Assembly (NCBI GenBank): GCA_965277715.1
Contig: OZ255836.1
Coordinates: forward strand, 3,520,001-3,584,000
DNA from: Gammaproteobacteria bacterium
Lineage (GTDB): Bacteria; Pseudomonadota; Gammaproteobacteria; JBCCGL01
DNA length: 64,000 bases
Reading direction: 5' to 3'
Under the pieces are notes generated by a model, which saw only the letters and a program-made list of their open reading frames with translations, was not told where the DNA came from and did no database searches. The translations under genes and the position numbers were made by a program. Each line of letters opens with the position of its first letter. Position 1 is the first letter of the stretch. Positions 9,252 through 19,318 of this stretch are shown here, in pieces.

Positions 9252-9366
9252 ACGGGTGGTTAGTGATGGTTCTTAGTGTGCCTTTCAATGCTGAATTGAT
9301 TGATACATAAAGCAATCTATAAGTATTGAGATTAACGTAATTGACCATTGCGTGCACATCCCTTAT

Positions 9367-9708
9367 TTACAAAAACAACAACGCCGGATTGAGTTCGCCC
9401 TCGGTGAGCGCAGTCTGCCGCCACCCCAGCTTTACCGGTTCCGTTACCAATGTATTCCAGTATGGAACGGCAAATTCAGCGAGGTCTACCTTGGGCCGAA
9501 GCAGGTGGGTCAATGCCTGTCCGCGCAGTTCGTAGGCCTGCAATTGTACGTCGTGCCGCCCGGCATCGACCAGCAACAGGGTGTCTTGTTGCCCCTTTGT
9601 CGACCAGATGCAAGGATTAACGGATACAATGCCGTGTAAAGCAATTGCCTCTGCCGTTCTGGCGAGAAACGCATGAAATGTCGGCTGGTTCCTGGTACAC
9701 CGTCCACC
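9367..9708 (-). pseudogene. probable degraded gene fragment of unknown family
   Basis: One frame stays open ~113 codons (TFHAFLARTAEAIALHG...TEGELNPALLFL*) with no 5' start; ends beside a MITE-like end at 9362. Confidence 0.3.
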
Positions 9709-9858
9709 TTATGTTGACGGGTTCAGGACTGCTCTGCTGCGGAGAAGCCGATCAAGCTGCGTTTTTTGTCAATTTTCCCCTCGCCTCACTCTCGCTCGTG
9801 ACGTTTTAAGGCACCCACTTACGATATAATAGACGCTACTTCTCCTATAGTTCAGAAG

Positions 9859-10737
9859 ATGCGCGCTGCCCTCATCACTTTTTTCCTGCATGTTTTCGCA
9901 AAACTACCGCTTGGATGCAATCGTCTGCTCGGGTCTTTAGCCGGTCGAATAGCCTATTGCTGCAATACGAATAGCACCCGGATAGCGGCTCGCAATCTGC
10001 AACTTTGCTTCCCTGATCAATCAACCGCTGAACGCAATCAGCTCGTACAAAGCAGTTTGATTTCCACTTTTCAATTTATATTTGAAACCAGTTCGATTTG
10101 GTTTCGTGGTGCGCAGTGGCGTAAAACACATACACTGTCGATTCACAATGAAGCGCTTTTTCAGCGCGCCCGTGAAAGTGGTCGGGGTATTTTGATACTG
10201 GTGCCACACTTTGGTAACTGGGAGTTGGCGGGTATTCACGTTTCAGAGTGGGTGAAAGGCTCAGCGATTTACCGCCCCCCCAAGATTGAACAGTTGGATC
10301 CGTTGTTTCGCAAGGCGCGCAATGTTGGCACCAGTACGTTGGTACCACCCACGGCAAAAGGGGTGATGGCGATATTAAAAGCGCTCAAGCGCGGAGAAAT
10401 GACGGTGATACTGCCAGATCAGGTGCCGATGGGTGAGGGGGGGGTATTCGCCAGTTTTTTCGGTATGCCTGCGTTTACTGTGACGCTGATTTATAAACTT
10501 ATCCAGAAAACCAATCCGGTGGTGTTGCAAGCCTACGCGATACGTCGGCAACAGGGCTTTGAGCTGGGTTTTATGGAGCCACACCCCAGTATCTACAGCG
10601 ATAATCAGCAGGAGTCTGTGGCTGGGTTAAACAAAACGGTGGAGATGTTGGTGGCATTGGCGCCTGAACAATACTTATGGGAATACAAACGGTTTAAAAA
10701 ACAACCGGGTGATGTTAGCCACTACGCTAAGCGATAG
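9859..10737 (+). CDS. lpxL: lipid A biosynthesis acyltransferase (LpxL/HtrB family)
   Basis: PHFGNWE, LPDQ, FFG, PEQYLWEYKRFK motifs. Confidence 0.88.
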   Translation: MRAALITFFLHVFAKLPLGCNRLLGSLAGRIAYCCNTNSTRIAARNLQLCFPDQSTAERNQLVQSSLISTFQFIFETSSIWFRGAQWRKTHTLSIHNEALFQRARESGRGILILVPHFGNWELAGIHVSEWVKGSAIYRPPKIEQLDPLFRKARNVGTSTLVPPTAKGVMAILKALKRGEMTVILPDQVPMGEGGVFASFFGMPAFTVTLIYKLIQKTNPVVLQAYAIRRQQGFELGFMEPHPSIYSDNQQESVAGLNKTVEMLVALAPEQYLWEYKRFKKQPGDVSHYAKR

Positions 10738-10762
10738 CATTAACGGTTGATTTGCTATTTCA

Positions 10763-12160
10763 TCATGCATGGTTCAATCGGAACGGGTGATCAGTCGGTG
10801 TGTCCAACAGCTTGTCGATGGTCATTTTGGGGCCACCACACAGCCGGTATTTCTGCAAAATTTCTGGTTGGTTCATGGGGCGGTTTGTACCCCCGCTGAC
10901 ATCGGCAATGGTTTTTTCGACAACCTGGCCATTGTGCAGTACAGCACGCACTGTGTCGGGATGGCTGGGGCTCATATCATCCAGGTGTCCTGTCGTTGTA
11001 TACGCTTCTATTTGTATGCATTGCATCAGTGTGCGGACATCGGCCCGCATAAGCGCCGCCGGGGTATATGTGTGTGGGCTGACGACGCCATCGGTCAAGG
11101 CACTGGCGACGCAGTAGGTGATGCTAAACCGCGCTTGTGCGCTGTTGTTTGGGTCGGTAAATGAAGCGACTCGCGCATAAGGTTCGGGTACGCGAACATT
11201 CACTGAACGAATGTTGTGGGCGGAGAATCCATCATGTTGAAATAAAGCAAGCGCGGCCTCAATGCTGCGGTGCGTATAAGCACAGCTTGGCCAGGGTTTG
11301 CGCAGTGGTGGAAATTCATCTATACCGTTTGAGGCGCCCAGTTTGCTCAGCGGTAAAGCAAACCCAGGTGACTCAGGCGTGCCGTAGCAACTTAAAAAGC
11401 CGTGTGTTTGTTCCATGATAGCCAGGTTGGCATCGACACCCACCTCCGCCAGTAAGGATGATTCAACGCCGGTACGGGCAGCCAGCCCGGCGTGAAGTGC
11501 CTTGACGGTTGAGCCAAACTGCCGTTTTAGTCCCGCCGCGCTACTGGTTGCCATCGATACGGCGGCGGCAAATTGTTCACTGTTTAGGTTTAGCAGTTTT
11601 GCGCTGGCGGCGGCTGCGCCGAGCGATCCGATTGTTGAGGTGGCGTGCCACCCGGCCATGTAGTGCCCATAGCCCAATGCCTCACCGAGGCGCACGATGG
11701 TTTCATAACCAACCAGATAAGCATCGATTAGCTGTTGCAGCGAAACTGTGCGCAACCCAGCCAGTGCCAGCAGGGCGGAAACCACGGGGGCACTGGGGTG
11801 TGTCGAGGCGGGTACTTCGTAGTCGTCGAAATCGAGTGCGTGGGCGGTGACACCGTTGATATAAGCGGCAACTGGGGCGGAAAATTTTTCACGGGTGGCG
11901 GGTGATGCCACGCCGCCTAACCCGCCACTGTTGCGCATTGCCGCCACTGCCATGTGTACCTGTGGCTCATCCTGCCCTGCGTAAATACAGGCGAGTGTGT
12001 CGATAAATGATAAGCGCGCCTGGTGCAATGCGGTATTGGAAAAGGTCATTGCCGGGTTGCAGGCCCATTGCGCCACTGCGGGGATAAAATGTACTGGGTG
12101 AGGAGGTATCACGTCGCTTCTTACCGGCAATCTTTCAGTTATCTGTACAGGGCTTATCAA
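10763..12160 (-). CDS. MmgE/PrpD family protein
   Basis: AHALDFDD, HPSAPV, GWHAT, KPWPSCAYTH motifs. Confidence 0.9.
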   Translation of the reverse strand: MISPVQITERLPVRSDVIPPHPVHFIPAVAQWACNPAMTFSNTALHQARLSFIDTLACIYAGQDEPQVHMAVAAMRNSGGLGGVASPATREKFSAPVAAYINGVTAHALDFDDYEVPASTHPSAPVVSALLALAGLRTVSLQQLIDAYLVGYETIVRLGEALGYGHYMAGWHATSTIGSLGAAAASAKLLNLNSEQFAAAVSMATSSAAGLKRQFGSTVKALHAGLAARTGVESSLLAEVGVDANLAIMEQTHGFLSCYGTPESPGFALPLSKLGASNGIDEFPPLRKPWPSCAYTHRSIEAALALFQHDGFSAHNIRSVNVRVPEPYARVASFTDPNNSAQARFSITYCVASALTDGVVSPHTYTPAALMRADVRTLMQCIQIEAYTTTGHLDDMSPSHPDTVRAVLHNGQVVEKTIADVSGGTNRPMNQPEILQKYRLCGGPKMTIDKLLDTPTDHPFRLNHA

Positions 12161-12831
12161 TTGTTTTGTTGGTGCGTTTTCTTTTTTTCAGGGTAAGCCC
12201 TGACAAAGGGATGCTGTGGCCAGGCGTGCTCAAACTGTTTAAATTGTTTATCTGCCTGTTCCCATTGGCCTTGCTCAAGTAGCATTTCAATCATTGACTG
12301 CCACTCTTTGGGGTTGTGGTGTGGTGTGCGTGCCAAGAGGGTTTGCATGTCACTGTCGGTAAGGCCTGATGGCGGTTCCTCCTGAGTTTCTGGTGATAGG
12401 TCGTCGGTCTCTATCATTAATAGGTCAGGCATCGCTGTCCTGGATTGTATCGAATTTGGCTCCAACATGGGTTGTATTGTAGGTGGTGCCTTTTGCTGGG
12501 CTACTGCTGCGGTAGTGTGGGACGCCCGTTTTTTCTGCCTGGTTTCTGGTGTTGGTGCCGGGTTGTTTGATATGTGCTGCTGTTCATTGTTGGGCAGTAA
12601 GATGACCAGTGTTGCCGTTAGCACCAGCATGGCCGCCATTGCCAGTGGCGGTGCCCAGCGATAGGTGGGAGTGCGAAGGGGGCGTGGCTTTGATTCAACG
12701 GCACGGTGCGCTACAGCGAGAATGTCGGCATCAAGTGCGGCGGGCGCGTGCAGTGGGGTCTGCCGGTTTATTTCAGCGTAGGTATCGCTAATATCCCGTT
12801 CAGCTTTATTCTGGTCAGTATATTCAGCCAT
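12157..12831 (-). CDS. putative anti-sigma factor (single TM)
   Basis: Overlaps the ECF sigma stop; P.ALDADILA motif, one TM segment, C-terminal W...I..L...G helix. Confidence 0.7.
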   Translation of the reverse strand: MAEYTDQNKAERDISDTYAEINRQTPLHAPAALDADILAVAHRAVESKPRPLRTPTYRWAPPLAMAAMLVLTATLVILLPNNEQQHISNNPAPTPETRQKKRASHTTAAVAQQKAPPTIQPMLEPNSIQSRTAMPDLLMIETDDLSPETQEEPPSGLTDSDMQTLLARTPHHNPKEWQSMIEMLLEQGQWEQADKQFKQFEHAWPQHPFVRAYPEKKKTHQQNN

Positions 12832-13402
12832 TGGTCACTGTCAGTTGCTGCCTCAGTTTATTGACTGCGTAACGCAGTCGGCTTTTAACCGTTTCCCGGT
12901 CGACATCGGTAACGCTGGCGATCTCCAGCAAACTTAAACCGGCCTCCTCCCTGAGTAAAAACGCCTCGCGTTGTGGCGGTGGTAGATCACCAATTAGCTG
13001 TTTAAGTCGCTGCGCCAGCTCGGTATTGATGGCAGTGTTGTAGGGGTCACTGCCCGTTTCAGCGATTAGTTCGTCGGCTTCTTCCAGTGGCTCGACCAAC
13101 GCCCCCCAGCGGGTATTACTGCGGTAGTGGTCGACCAGGCGATTGTGCGCAATGCTATATAGCCACGTGCTAAATGTCGCATTATCGCGGTAGCGGGTAC
13201 GCGCATTAATCACGCGTGCCCACACATCCTGAAATAGCTCATCCACGCAGCTAGCTGCGTTAAGCTGGCGATGCAGATAGCGATACAATTTATCTTTGTG
13301 CCGAAAATACAGTGTATCAAAGGCGGCGGCTTCACCGTTGGCATAGGCGAGCATCAACGATGCATCACTCTGCTGCTGCCGGTTGTCAGTTTGTGCATCC
13401 AT
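12824..13402 (-). CDS. ECF RNA polymerase sigma factor
   Basis: DELFQDVW, FSTWLYSIAHNRLVDHYR, EIA...ETVKSRLRYA. Confidence 0.92.
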   Translation of the reverse strand: MDAQTDNRQQQSDASLMLAYANGEAAAFDTLYFRHKDKLYRYLHRQLNAASCVDELFQDVWARVINARTRYRDNATFSTWLYSIAHNRLVDHYRSNTRWGALVEPLEEADELIAETGSDPYNTAINTELAQRLKQLIGDLPPPQREAFLLREEAGLSLLEIASVTDVDRETVKSRLRYAVNKLRQQLTVTNG

Positions 13403-13425
13403 GCACAAATGATAACCGTTTATTC

Positions 13426-15192
13426 TCAATTGGGGTCTCGTTCAGTCTTTGTATTTTGCGAAACCTTTGTTTGCCGGGTGTTTTTAAGCGTGTTTAGACT
13501 TTCGGCCAGCCCGATTAGCTGTAAGAATTCACCACGATAACCAAAGCGGTCATCGCCGCGTGACTGGCTAGCCAGTGTGTGGATTTCACTGTAACTGAAA
13601 TCCTGTAGGTATTTGCTACCGCGCAGTGTTTGTGCGAAGGCGGCGACCGATGCGGCAAAACGAAAGTCCTCTGAGGTCTTGCGCCAGTCTGGATTGATCA
13701 ACGCGTGGCTGACAATCTGTTCAAGCAATTGGCTACTGGGTGAACCGGGTCGCTTATAGCGCAGTCGTAAAAAAGCCAATTCATCGCTGGTGGGGCGCGC
13801 CGCCTTTTGTTGCGTGTAGCGCAGTGGGTCGATCCGCTTCCCTTTACTGGATTGCAGGGTGATTTCATAGAGTGCGGTTACTGTGTGGCCGGCACCAATG
13901 GCACCGGCGTCGACTTTGTCGTTGTTAAAGTCCTCACGTGCCAGCGCCCGGTTTTCGTAGCCAAGCAACCGGTATTCGGCCACCTGTGCGGGGTTGAATT
14001 CGATTTGAATTTTTACATCGTTGGCAATCGTCAACAGTGTTGCGGCACGTTCATCGACCAGGACTTTACGGGCTTCTTTTAGTGTATCGATATAAGCGTA
14101 GTTGCCGTTGCCTGCGTCTGCCAGTTGTTCCATCAGATGGTCATTGTAATTGCCGCCACCGAAACCCAAGGCGGTCAATGCAATACCGGATTCACGGTGT
14201 TGTTTAACCAGGTCTTTAAGCGCGTCAAAATCGGTAGTGCCAACGTTGAAGTCACCATCGGTGGCGAGTAGCACCCGGTTTACGCCGTTTTCAATAAAGC
14301 TTTGCCGGGCAAGTTGATAGGCGAGCTGAATGCCTGCGGCGCCGTTAGTAGTGCCACCTGCACGCAGTTGTTGTAATGCCGGGTCAATTTTTACGTAATC
14401 GTTACCGGCGGTGGGTTCGAGCACTACCCCGGCAGCACCGGCATATACGACGATAGCGATGCGATCCTGGGCGCGCATTTGCCTGGTCAGTATTTTCATC
14501 GCCGACTTTAGCAGGCCAATTTTATCGGGTGAATCCATCGAGCCAGATACATCGACTAGGAACACCAGGTTAGAGGGGGGTAGCTGAAAAAATGATTTCT
14601 GGTAGCCGCGAACGCCAATGTGCAGTAAATGCGTGTGGGGATTCCACGGGCTGGGGGCGATTTCAGTGTACACACTGAAAGGGCGTTGCAGTGATGTCGG
14701 TGGTGTGTAGCTATAGTTGAAATAATTAATCAACTCTTCGATTCGCACGGCGTCGGCGTGTGGCCAGCGCCCCTGGTTTAAAAACCTCCGCACATTCGCA
14801 TAGCTGCCGGTATCCACATCAATACTGAACGTGGATACGGGTGATTCGCTCACTTGTTTGAGTGGGTTGTCGTCAAAGTGTGCGTAGCGCTCCCGGCCCT
14901 GGGTTTGCTGAAAGAGTTGTTTGTAACCGGGTGGAATAGCCTGGTTCATTCCATCCCGGCTCATCCCGGCCACTGCTATTTCTGGTTGCATTACGGCTAA
15001 AGCCTCTGCTGTAGCTTCTGTCTCAGTTGTGTTTGTGTGTGCGTTTGCGGTGGTTTTTGGTTCGAGCGTATTGTTGCACGCGGCTATCGTCATAGCGCTG
15101 ATAAACATCAATGCCAGCTTGTATTTTGGGAAAACCATATTCTGCTCCAAGTCATTAAATAAATGGCGAGTCGTGTGTTTCATCGCCTGCAA
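13426..15192 (-). CDS. vWA-domain lipoprotein (YfbK/DUF3520 type); true start probably 15183 or further downstream
   Basis: Lipobox IAAC, STFSIDVDTGSY, DVSGSM MIDAS, LATDGDFNVG, EDFNNDKVDAG. Confidence 0.9.
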   Translation of the reverse strand: MQAMKHTTRHLFNDLEQNMVFPKYKLALMFISAMTIAACNNTLEPKTTANAHTNTTETEATAEALAVMQPEIAVAGMSRDGMNQAIPPGYKQLFQQTQGRERYAHFDDNPLKQVSESPVSTFSIDVDTGSYANVRRFLNQGRWPHADAVRIEELINYFNYSYTPPTSLQRPFSVYTEIAPSPWNPHTHLLHIGVRGYQKSFFQLPPSNLVFLVDVSGSMDSPDKIGLLKSAMKILTRQMRAQDRIAIVVYAGAAGVVLEPTAGNDYVKIDPALQQLRAGGTTNGAAGIQLAYQLARQSFIENGVNRVLLATDGDFNVGTTDFDALKDLVKQHRESGIALTALGFGGGNYNDHLMEQLADAGNGNYAYIDTLKEARKVLVDERAATLLTIANDVKIQIEFNPAQVAEYRLLGYENRALAREDFNNDKVDAGAIGAGHTVTALYEITLQSSKGKRIDPLRYTQQKAARPTSDELAFLRLRYKRPGSPSSQLLEQIVSHALINPDWRKTSEDFRFAASVAAFAQTLRGSKYLQDFSYSEIHTLASQSRGDDRFGYRGEFLQLIGLAESLNTLKNTRQTKVSQNTKTERDPN

Positions 15193-15197
15193 TGGGG

Positions 15198-15226
15198 TAA
15201 ACGCATAGGCGGAGCAAAAGGGGTTA
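15198..15226 (-). promoter_or_regulatory. putative ECF-sigma promoter of the vWA-ECF operon
   Basis: Minus strand TAACCC-N17-CGTTTA fits the ECF AAC/CGT pattern just upstream of the operon. Confidence 0.5.
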
Positions 15227-15293
15227 AAGGCGCTTTATATTCGAGCGTATTTTGGTATGTGCTGAACAATATTCTGTTGGGGATATTTTTTAG

Positions 15294-15680
15294 TTACCAG
15301 ATCAGTTTCAACGGATACTGAGAAAATACCTCATCTGTACTCATCAGCGGCATATTCTCTTCAATGGCCTGCGCTATCAGCAGGCGATCAAAAGGATCGC
15401 GGTGATGAAGTGGAAGGTCGGTGAGGTGATAAGTTTGCGCATGGGTAATTGCCAGTTTATGCAGGCTATTGTTACGGATGCGGTTCTCAATAAATTTTTC
15501 TGGTGTCTCATGTAAATGCAATTTGCCCAGTTTGTATTTGGTGGCAATTTCAAATGCGCTCACCGCACTCAGGTAAAGCTGGTTATTCATATCTAAGAAC
15601 AGTTTTTTTGCGCGTGGAGAAAGTCGTTTATCATCCGTGGTCAGCCACAAAAACGCATGGGTATCCAATAGTATTTTCAT
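15294..15680 (-). CDS. vapC: type II TA VapC (PIN domain) toxin
   Basis: MKILLDTHAFLW, HRDPFDRLLIAQA. Confidence 0.93.
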   Translation of the reverse strand: MKILLDTHAFLWLTTDDKRLSPRAKKLFLDMNNQLYLSAVSAFEIATKYKLGKLHLHETPEKFIENRIRNNSLHKLAITHAQTYHLTDLPLHHRDPFDRLLIAQAIEENMPLMSTDEVFSQYPLKLIW

Positions 15681-15693
15681 GTGGATGTATGTG

Positions 15694-15921
15694 TTAACCG
15701 AAGTGTTTCAGAAAATCTTCCGGCAACGTATCAAAGCCATCTTCGATGGTGACAAGGCCTTTTGCTTCTCCCAATTGCCTTGGTTTTTGTGTGGGTTCCA
15801 ATGGCACCAGGCGTACAACGGGTTTGTTGGCTCGCGCAATAAGGACTTCCTCGCCCGCCTCCGCAAGGCGAACTAACTCTGATAGCTGTGCTTTGGCCTG
15901 GTAGATATTGACGGGTTTCAT
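15694..15921 (-). CDS. Phd/YefM family antitoxin
   Basis: VNIYQAKAQLSELV...GEEVLIARANKPVVRLVP. Confidence 0.92.
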   Translation of the reverse strand: MKPVNIYQAKAQLSELVRLAEAGEEVLIARANKPVVRLVPLEPTQKPRQLGEAKGLVTIEDGFDTLPEDFLKHFG

Positions 15922-15936
15922 TTTGTTCGAGCTATA

Positions 15937-15984
15937 TAGTCCATAGTGTTAGACTAATATAGCGCCACGGAGTGGTTTTTTCAA
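15937..15984 (-). promoter_or_regulatory. sigma70 promoter and palindromic operator of the TA operon
   Basis: Minus strand TTGAAA-N17-TATATT; inverted repeat TAGTC-N10-GACTA at 15937-15956. Confidence 0.55.
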
Positions 15985-16102
15985 TTAAGCGAAACCCCAC
16001 CCCTCTTTTGCGGGCCGAGAGAAGGTAGACGGTGTACTGGATTGACGCTTTTCATTTACCAGCCTGTTTGTGCTGTCAATAGTATTTCGTTGCAATAGTG
16101 GC

Positions 16103-16169
16103 TTGACTTTGCTTTAACGCCTACCTACAATTCGCCGCTTTTCTGACAGGCCGGATTGCCCGGCCTGTC
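16103..16169 (+). promoter_or_regulatory. str operon promoter and leader hairpin
   Basis: TTGACT-N17-TACAAT (16103-16131), GC-rich discriminator, hairpin GACAGGCCGG-ATTGC-CCGGCCTGTC. Confidence 0.7.
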
Positions 16170-16282
16170 GTTCGTTTGTCGGCGTGAAACTCTCACTGAC
16201 CGTTTAAGTATCTGCTTTCTTTGCTGTGCTATGCCCGGCGAGGCTGGATACACTTAAAATATCTGGAGCTTAAAAGAGGCCT

Positions 16283-16657
16283 ATGGCTACTGTTAATCAG
16301 CTTGTGCGCAAGCCACGCAAACGCAAGGTGGTGAAAACCAATGTACCGGCACTTGAAGCCTGTCCGCAGCGACGCGGCGTCTGCACCCGTGTATACACCA
16401 CAACGCCTAAAAAGCCGAACTCGGCCATGCGTAAGGTAGCCCGTGTGCGACTTACCAACGGTTTTGAAGTGACGTCGTATATCGGTGGTGAAGGCCATAA
16501 CCTGCAAGAGCACTCGGTAGTGCTGATTCGCGGTGGTCGTGTGAAAGATTTACCGGGTGTGCGTTATCACACGGTGCGTGGCAGCCTCGATACCCAGGGT
16601 GTGGAAAAACGCCGTCAGGGTCGTTCTAAATACGGTGCCAAGCGGCCTAAGAGCTAG
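16283..16657 (+). CDS. rpsL: 30S ribosomal protein S12
   Basis: [21 protein letters not shown]. Confidence 0.99.
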   Translation: MATVNQLVRKPRKRKVVKTNVPALEACPQRRGVCTRVYTTTPKKPNSAMRKVARVRLTNGFEVTSYIGGEGHNLQEHSVVLIRGGRVKDLPGVRYHTVRGSLDTQGVEKRRQGRSKYGAKRPKS

Positions 16658-16687
16658 GGCGTTCACGAATACTAATGAGTAAGTTCG

Positions 16688-17158
16688 ATGTCTAGAAGAA
16701 GAGAAATCCCCAAGCGCGAAATTTTGCCAGACCCCAAATATGGAAACTTAAAGCTGGCCAAGTTCGTTAACATCATTATGAAAAGCGGTAAAAAATCCGT
16801 CGCTGAAAATATTATTTACGGTGCTCTGGATATTATGTCGGCAAAGGGTAAGACCGATGTTATCGAAGCCCTGGATGAAGCACTCAATAATGTAGCCCCG
16901 GCAGTTGAAGTAAAATCCCGCCGTGTGGGTGGCGCAACCTACCAGGTGCCTGTTGAAGTGCGCCCAGTGCGCCGCACTGCACTGGCAATGCGTTGGATTA
17001 TGGATGCGGCGCGCAAGCGTGGTGAAAAATCCACGATGCAAAAACTCGCGGGTGAGCTGCTTGATGCTTCAGAGAAACGCGGCGCAGCAGTGAAAAAACG
17101 CGAAGATACGCATCGCATGGCCGAGGCCAATAAAGCGTTTGCGCACTACCGTTGGTAA
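16688..17158 (+). CDS. rpsG: 30S ribosomal protein S7
   Basis: [29 protein letters not shown]. Confidence 0.99.
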   Translation: MSRRREIPKREILPDPKYGNLKLAKFVNIIMKSGKKSVAENIIYGALDIMSAKGKTDVIEALDEALNNVAPAVEVKSRRVGGATYQVPVEVRPVRRTALAMRWIMDAARKRGEKSTMQKLAGELLDASEKRGAAVKKREDTHRMAEANKAFAHYRW

Positions 17159-17185
17159 CCACATAGAGAGTACGAGTATTTTCCC

Positions 17186-19285
17186 GTGGCCCGCACAACC
17201 CCTATTGGACGATACCGCAACGTCGGTATCATGGCGCACATTGACGCCGGTAAAACGACGACGACTGAACGTATACTCTATTACACAGGCGTATCGCATA
17301 AGATAGGTGAAGTGCACGACGGTGCAGCCACGATGGACTGGATGGAGCAGGAGCAGGAACGTGGTATTACCATTACCTCGGCTGCAACCACTTGCTTCTG
17401 GCGTGGTATGGATCAGCAGTTTGATCAACACCGTATCAACATTATCGATACGCCTGGGCATGTCGATTTTACGATTGAAGTCGAGCGTTCGCTACGGGTG
17501 CTCGATGGGGCGGTGGCGGTGTTTTGTGCGGTCGGTGGTGTTGAGCCTCAGTCTGAGACAGTCTGGCGCCAGGCAAATAAATACAGCGTGCCGAGAATGG
17601 CCTTCGTCAATAAGATGGATCGCTCCGGCGCTGATTTTTTACGCGTGGTTGCACAGTTAGAAGACAGACTGGGCGCTACTCCGGTGCCGCTGCAACTACC
17701 TATTGGCGCAGAGGAAAAGTTTGCAGGCGTCGTTGACCTCCTGCGTATGAAGGCAATCTATTGGGATGCCGATACACAAGGTATGCGCTATGAAGAGCGT
17801 GATATACCGGAAGATATGCTCGATCAGGCTGAAATGTACCGTGAGGCAATGGTCGAGTCGGCCGCTGAAGCCAGTGAGGTGTTGACAGAGAAATACCTTG
17901 ATACGGGTGATTTGTCTACGGCGGATATTCAGGCAGGCATTCGTATGCGAACGCTGGCGAATGAGATTGTTCCCGCATTGTGTGGCAGTGCCTTTAAAAA
18001 TAAAGGTGTCCAGGCGATGCTTGATGCAGTGATCGACTACATGCCTTCACCTGTTGATGTGCCTGCGATTAGCGGTATTCTCGATGATAGCGAAGCCAGT
18101 GAGGCGCAGCGCCTATCGGATGACGATGAACCTTTTGCGGCATTGGCGTTTAAAATAGCGACCGATACGTTTGTGGGTAGTTTGACGTTTTTTCGTGTCT
18201 ATTCGGGCGTTTTGAAGTCGGGTGATGCAATTTATAACCCGGTAAAACACAGAAAAGAACGTGTTGGTCGTATCTTACAGATGCACTCCAATAACCGGGA
18301 AGAGATAAAAGAAGTACGGGCCGGTGATATTGCCGCTGCCGTTGGTTTAAAGGATGTGACAACGGGAGATACGCTGTGTGATTTGAAAGAGGTTATCACG
18401 CTCGAACGCATGATATTTCCCGAACCGGTTATCTCGGTGGCGGTTGAGCCTAAAACCAAAGCTGATCAGGAAAAGATGGGTGTGGCGCTGGGTAAACTGG
18501 CGCAGGAAGACCCCTCGTTTCGTGTGCACACCGACGAGGAGTCGCACCAGACCATCATCTCGGGCATGGGTGAATTGCACCTGGATATTATTGTTGATCG
18601 TATGCGGCGCGAGTTCAGTGTCGAGGCGAATATTGGCAAGCCACAAGTGGCTTACCGTGAAACCATTCGCAATTCTGTTGAACAAGAGGGTAAATTTGTT
18701 CGTCAGTCGGGTGGGCGCGGTCAGTATGGGCGTGTAGTGCTGCGTATTGAACCAAAAGAACCGGGAAGCGGTTACGAATTTGTCAATGAGATTGTGGGTG
18801 GCGTTGTGCCACGCGAGTACATTCCGGCTGTCGATAAAGGCATTCAGGAGCAGATGGAAAGCGGCGTAATTGCGGGCTTTCCTGTCGTTGATGTCAAAGT
18901 ATCGCTGGTTGATGGCTCTTATCACGATGTTGATTCAAATGAACTGGCATTTAAAATCGCCGGTTCAATGGGGTTCAGGTCGGGTATGCAAAACGCTAAT
19001 CCAGTATTGCTTGAGCCGATTATGAGTGTTGAAGTGGTGACCCCGGAAGACTATATGGGGGATGTGATGGGCGACCTGAATCGTCGCCGTGGCATGGTTC
19101 AGGGAATGGAAGACGCACCGGCCGGTAAAGTGATTCGCGCTGAAGTGCCGTTGGCAAAGATGTTTGGTTATGCCACGGATGTGCGTTCAGCAACACAGGG
19201 TAGGGCGACTTACTCGATGGAATTTTGTAAATATGCAGAGGCGCCGAATATTGTCGCTGATGTCGTGATGAAAAAAGCATCTTAA
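17186..19285 (+). CDS. fusA: elongation factor G
   Basis: [18 protein letters not shown]; 699 aa. Confidence 0.99.
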   Translation: MARTTPIGRYRNVGIMAHIDAGKTTTTERILYYTGVSHKIGEVHDGAATMDWMEQEQERGITITSAATTCFWRGMDQQFDQHRINIIDTPGHVDFTIEVERSLRVLDGAVAVFCAVGGVEPQSETVWRQANKYSVPRMAFVNKMDRSGADFLRVVAQLEDRLGATPVPLQLPIGAEEKFAGVVDLLRMKAIYWDADTQGMRYEERDIPEDMLDQAEMYREAMVESAAEASEVLTEKYLDTGDLSTADIQAGIRMRTLANEIVPALCGSAFKNKGVQAMLDAVIDYMPSPVDVPAISGILDDSEASEAQRLSDDDEPFAALAFKIATDTFVGSLTFFRVYSGVLKSGDAIYNPVKHRKERVGRILQMHSNNREEIKEVRAGDIAAAVGLKDVTTGDTLCDLKEVITLERMIFPEPVISVAVEPKTKADQEKMGVALGKLAQEDPSFRVHTDEESHQTIISGMGELHLDIIVDRMRREFSVEANIGKPQVAYRETIRNSVEQEGKFVRQSGGRGQYGRVVLRIEPKEPGSGYEFVNEIVGGVVPREYIPAVDKGIQEQMESGVIAGFPVVDVKVSLVDGSYHDVDSNELAFKIAGSMGFRSGMQNANPVLLEPIMSVEVVTPEDYMGDVMGDLNRRRGMVQGMEDAPAGKVIRAEVPLAKMFGYATDVRSATQGRATYSMEFCKYAEAPNIVADVVMKKAS

Positions 19286-19318
19286 ACAGAGATTGAGAAT
19301 AGTTAAGGGGTTATAGCG

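Noticed and set aside
18715-18745. EF-G GQYGRV where GQYGHV is usual
   Set aside because: Single-base difference (CGT vs CAT); cannot separate a natural variant from a sequencing error.
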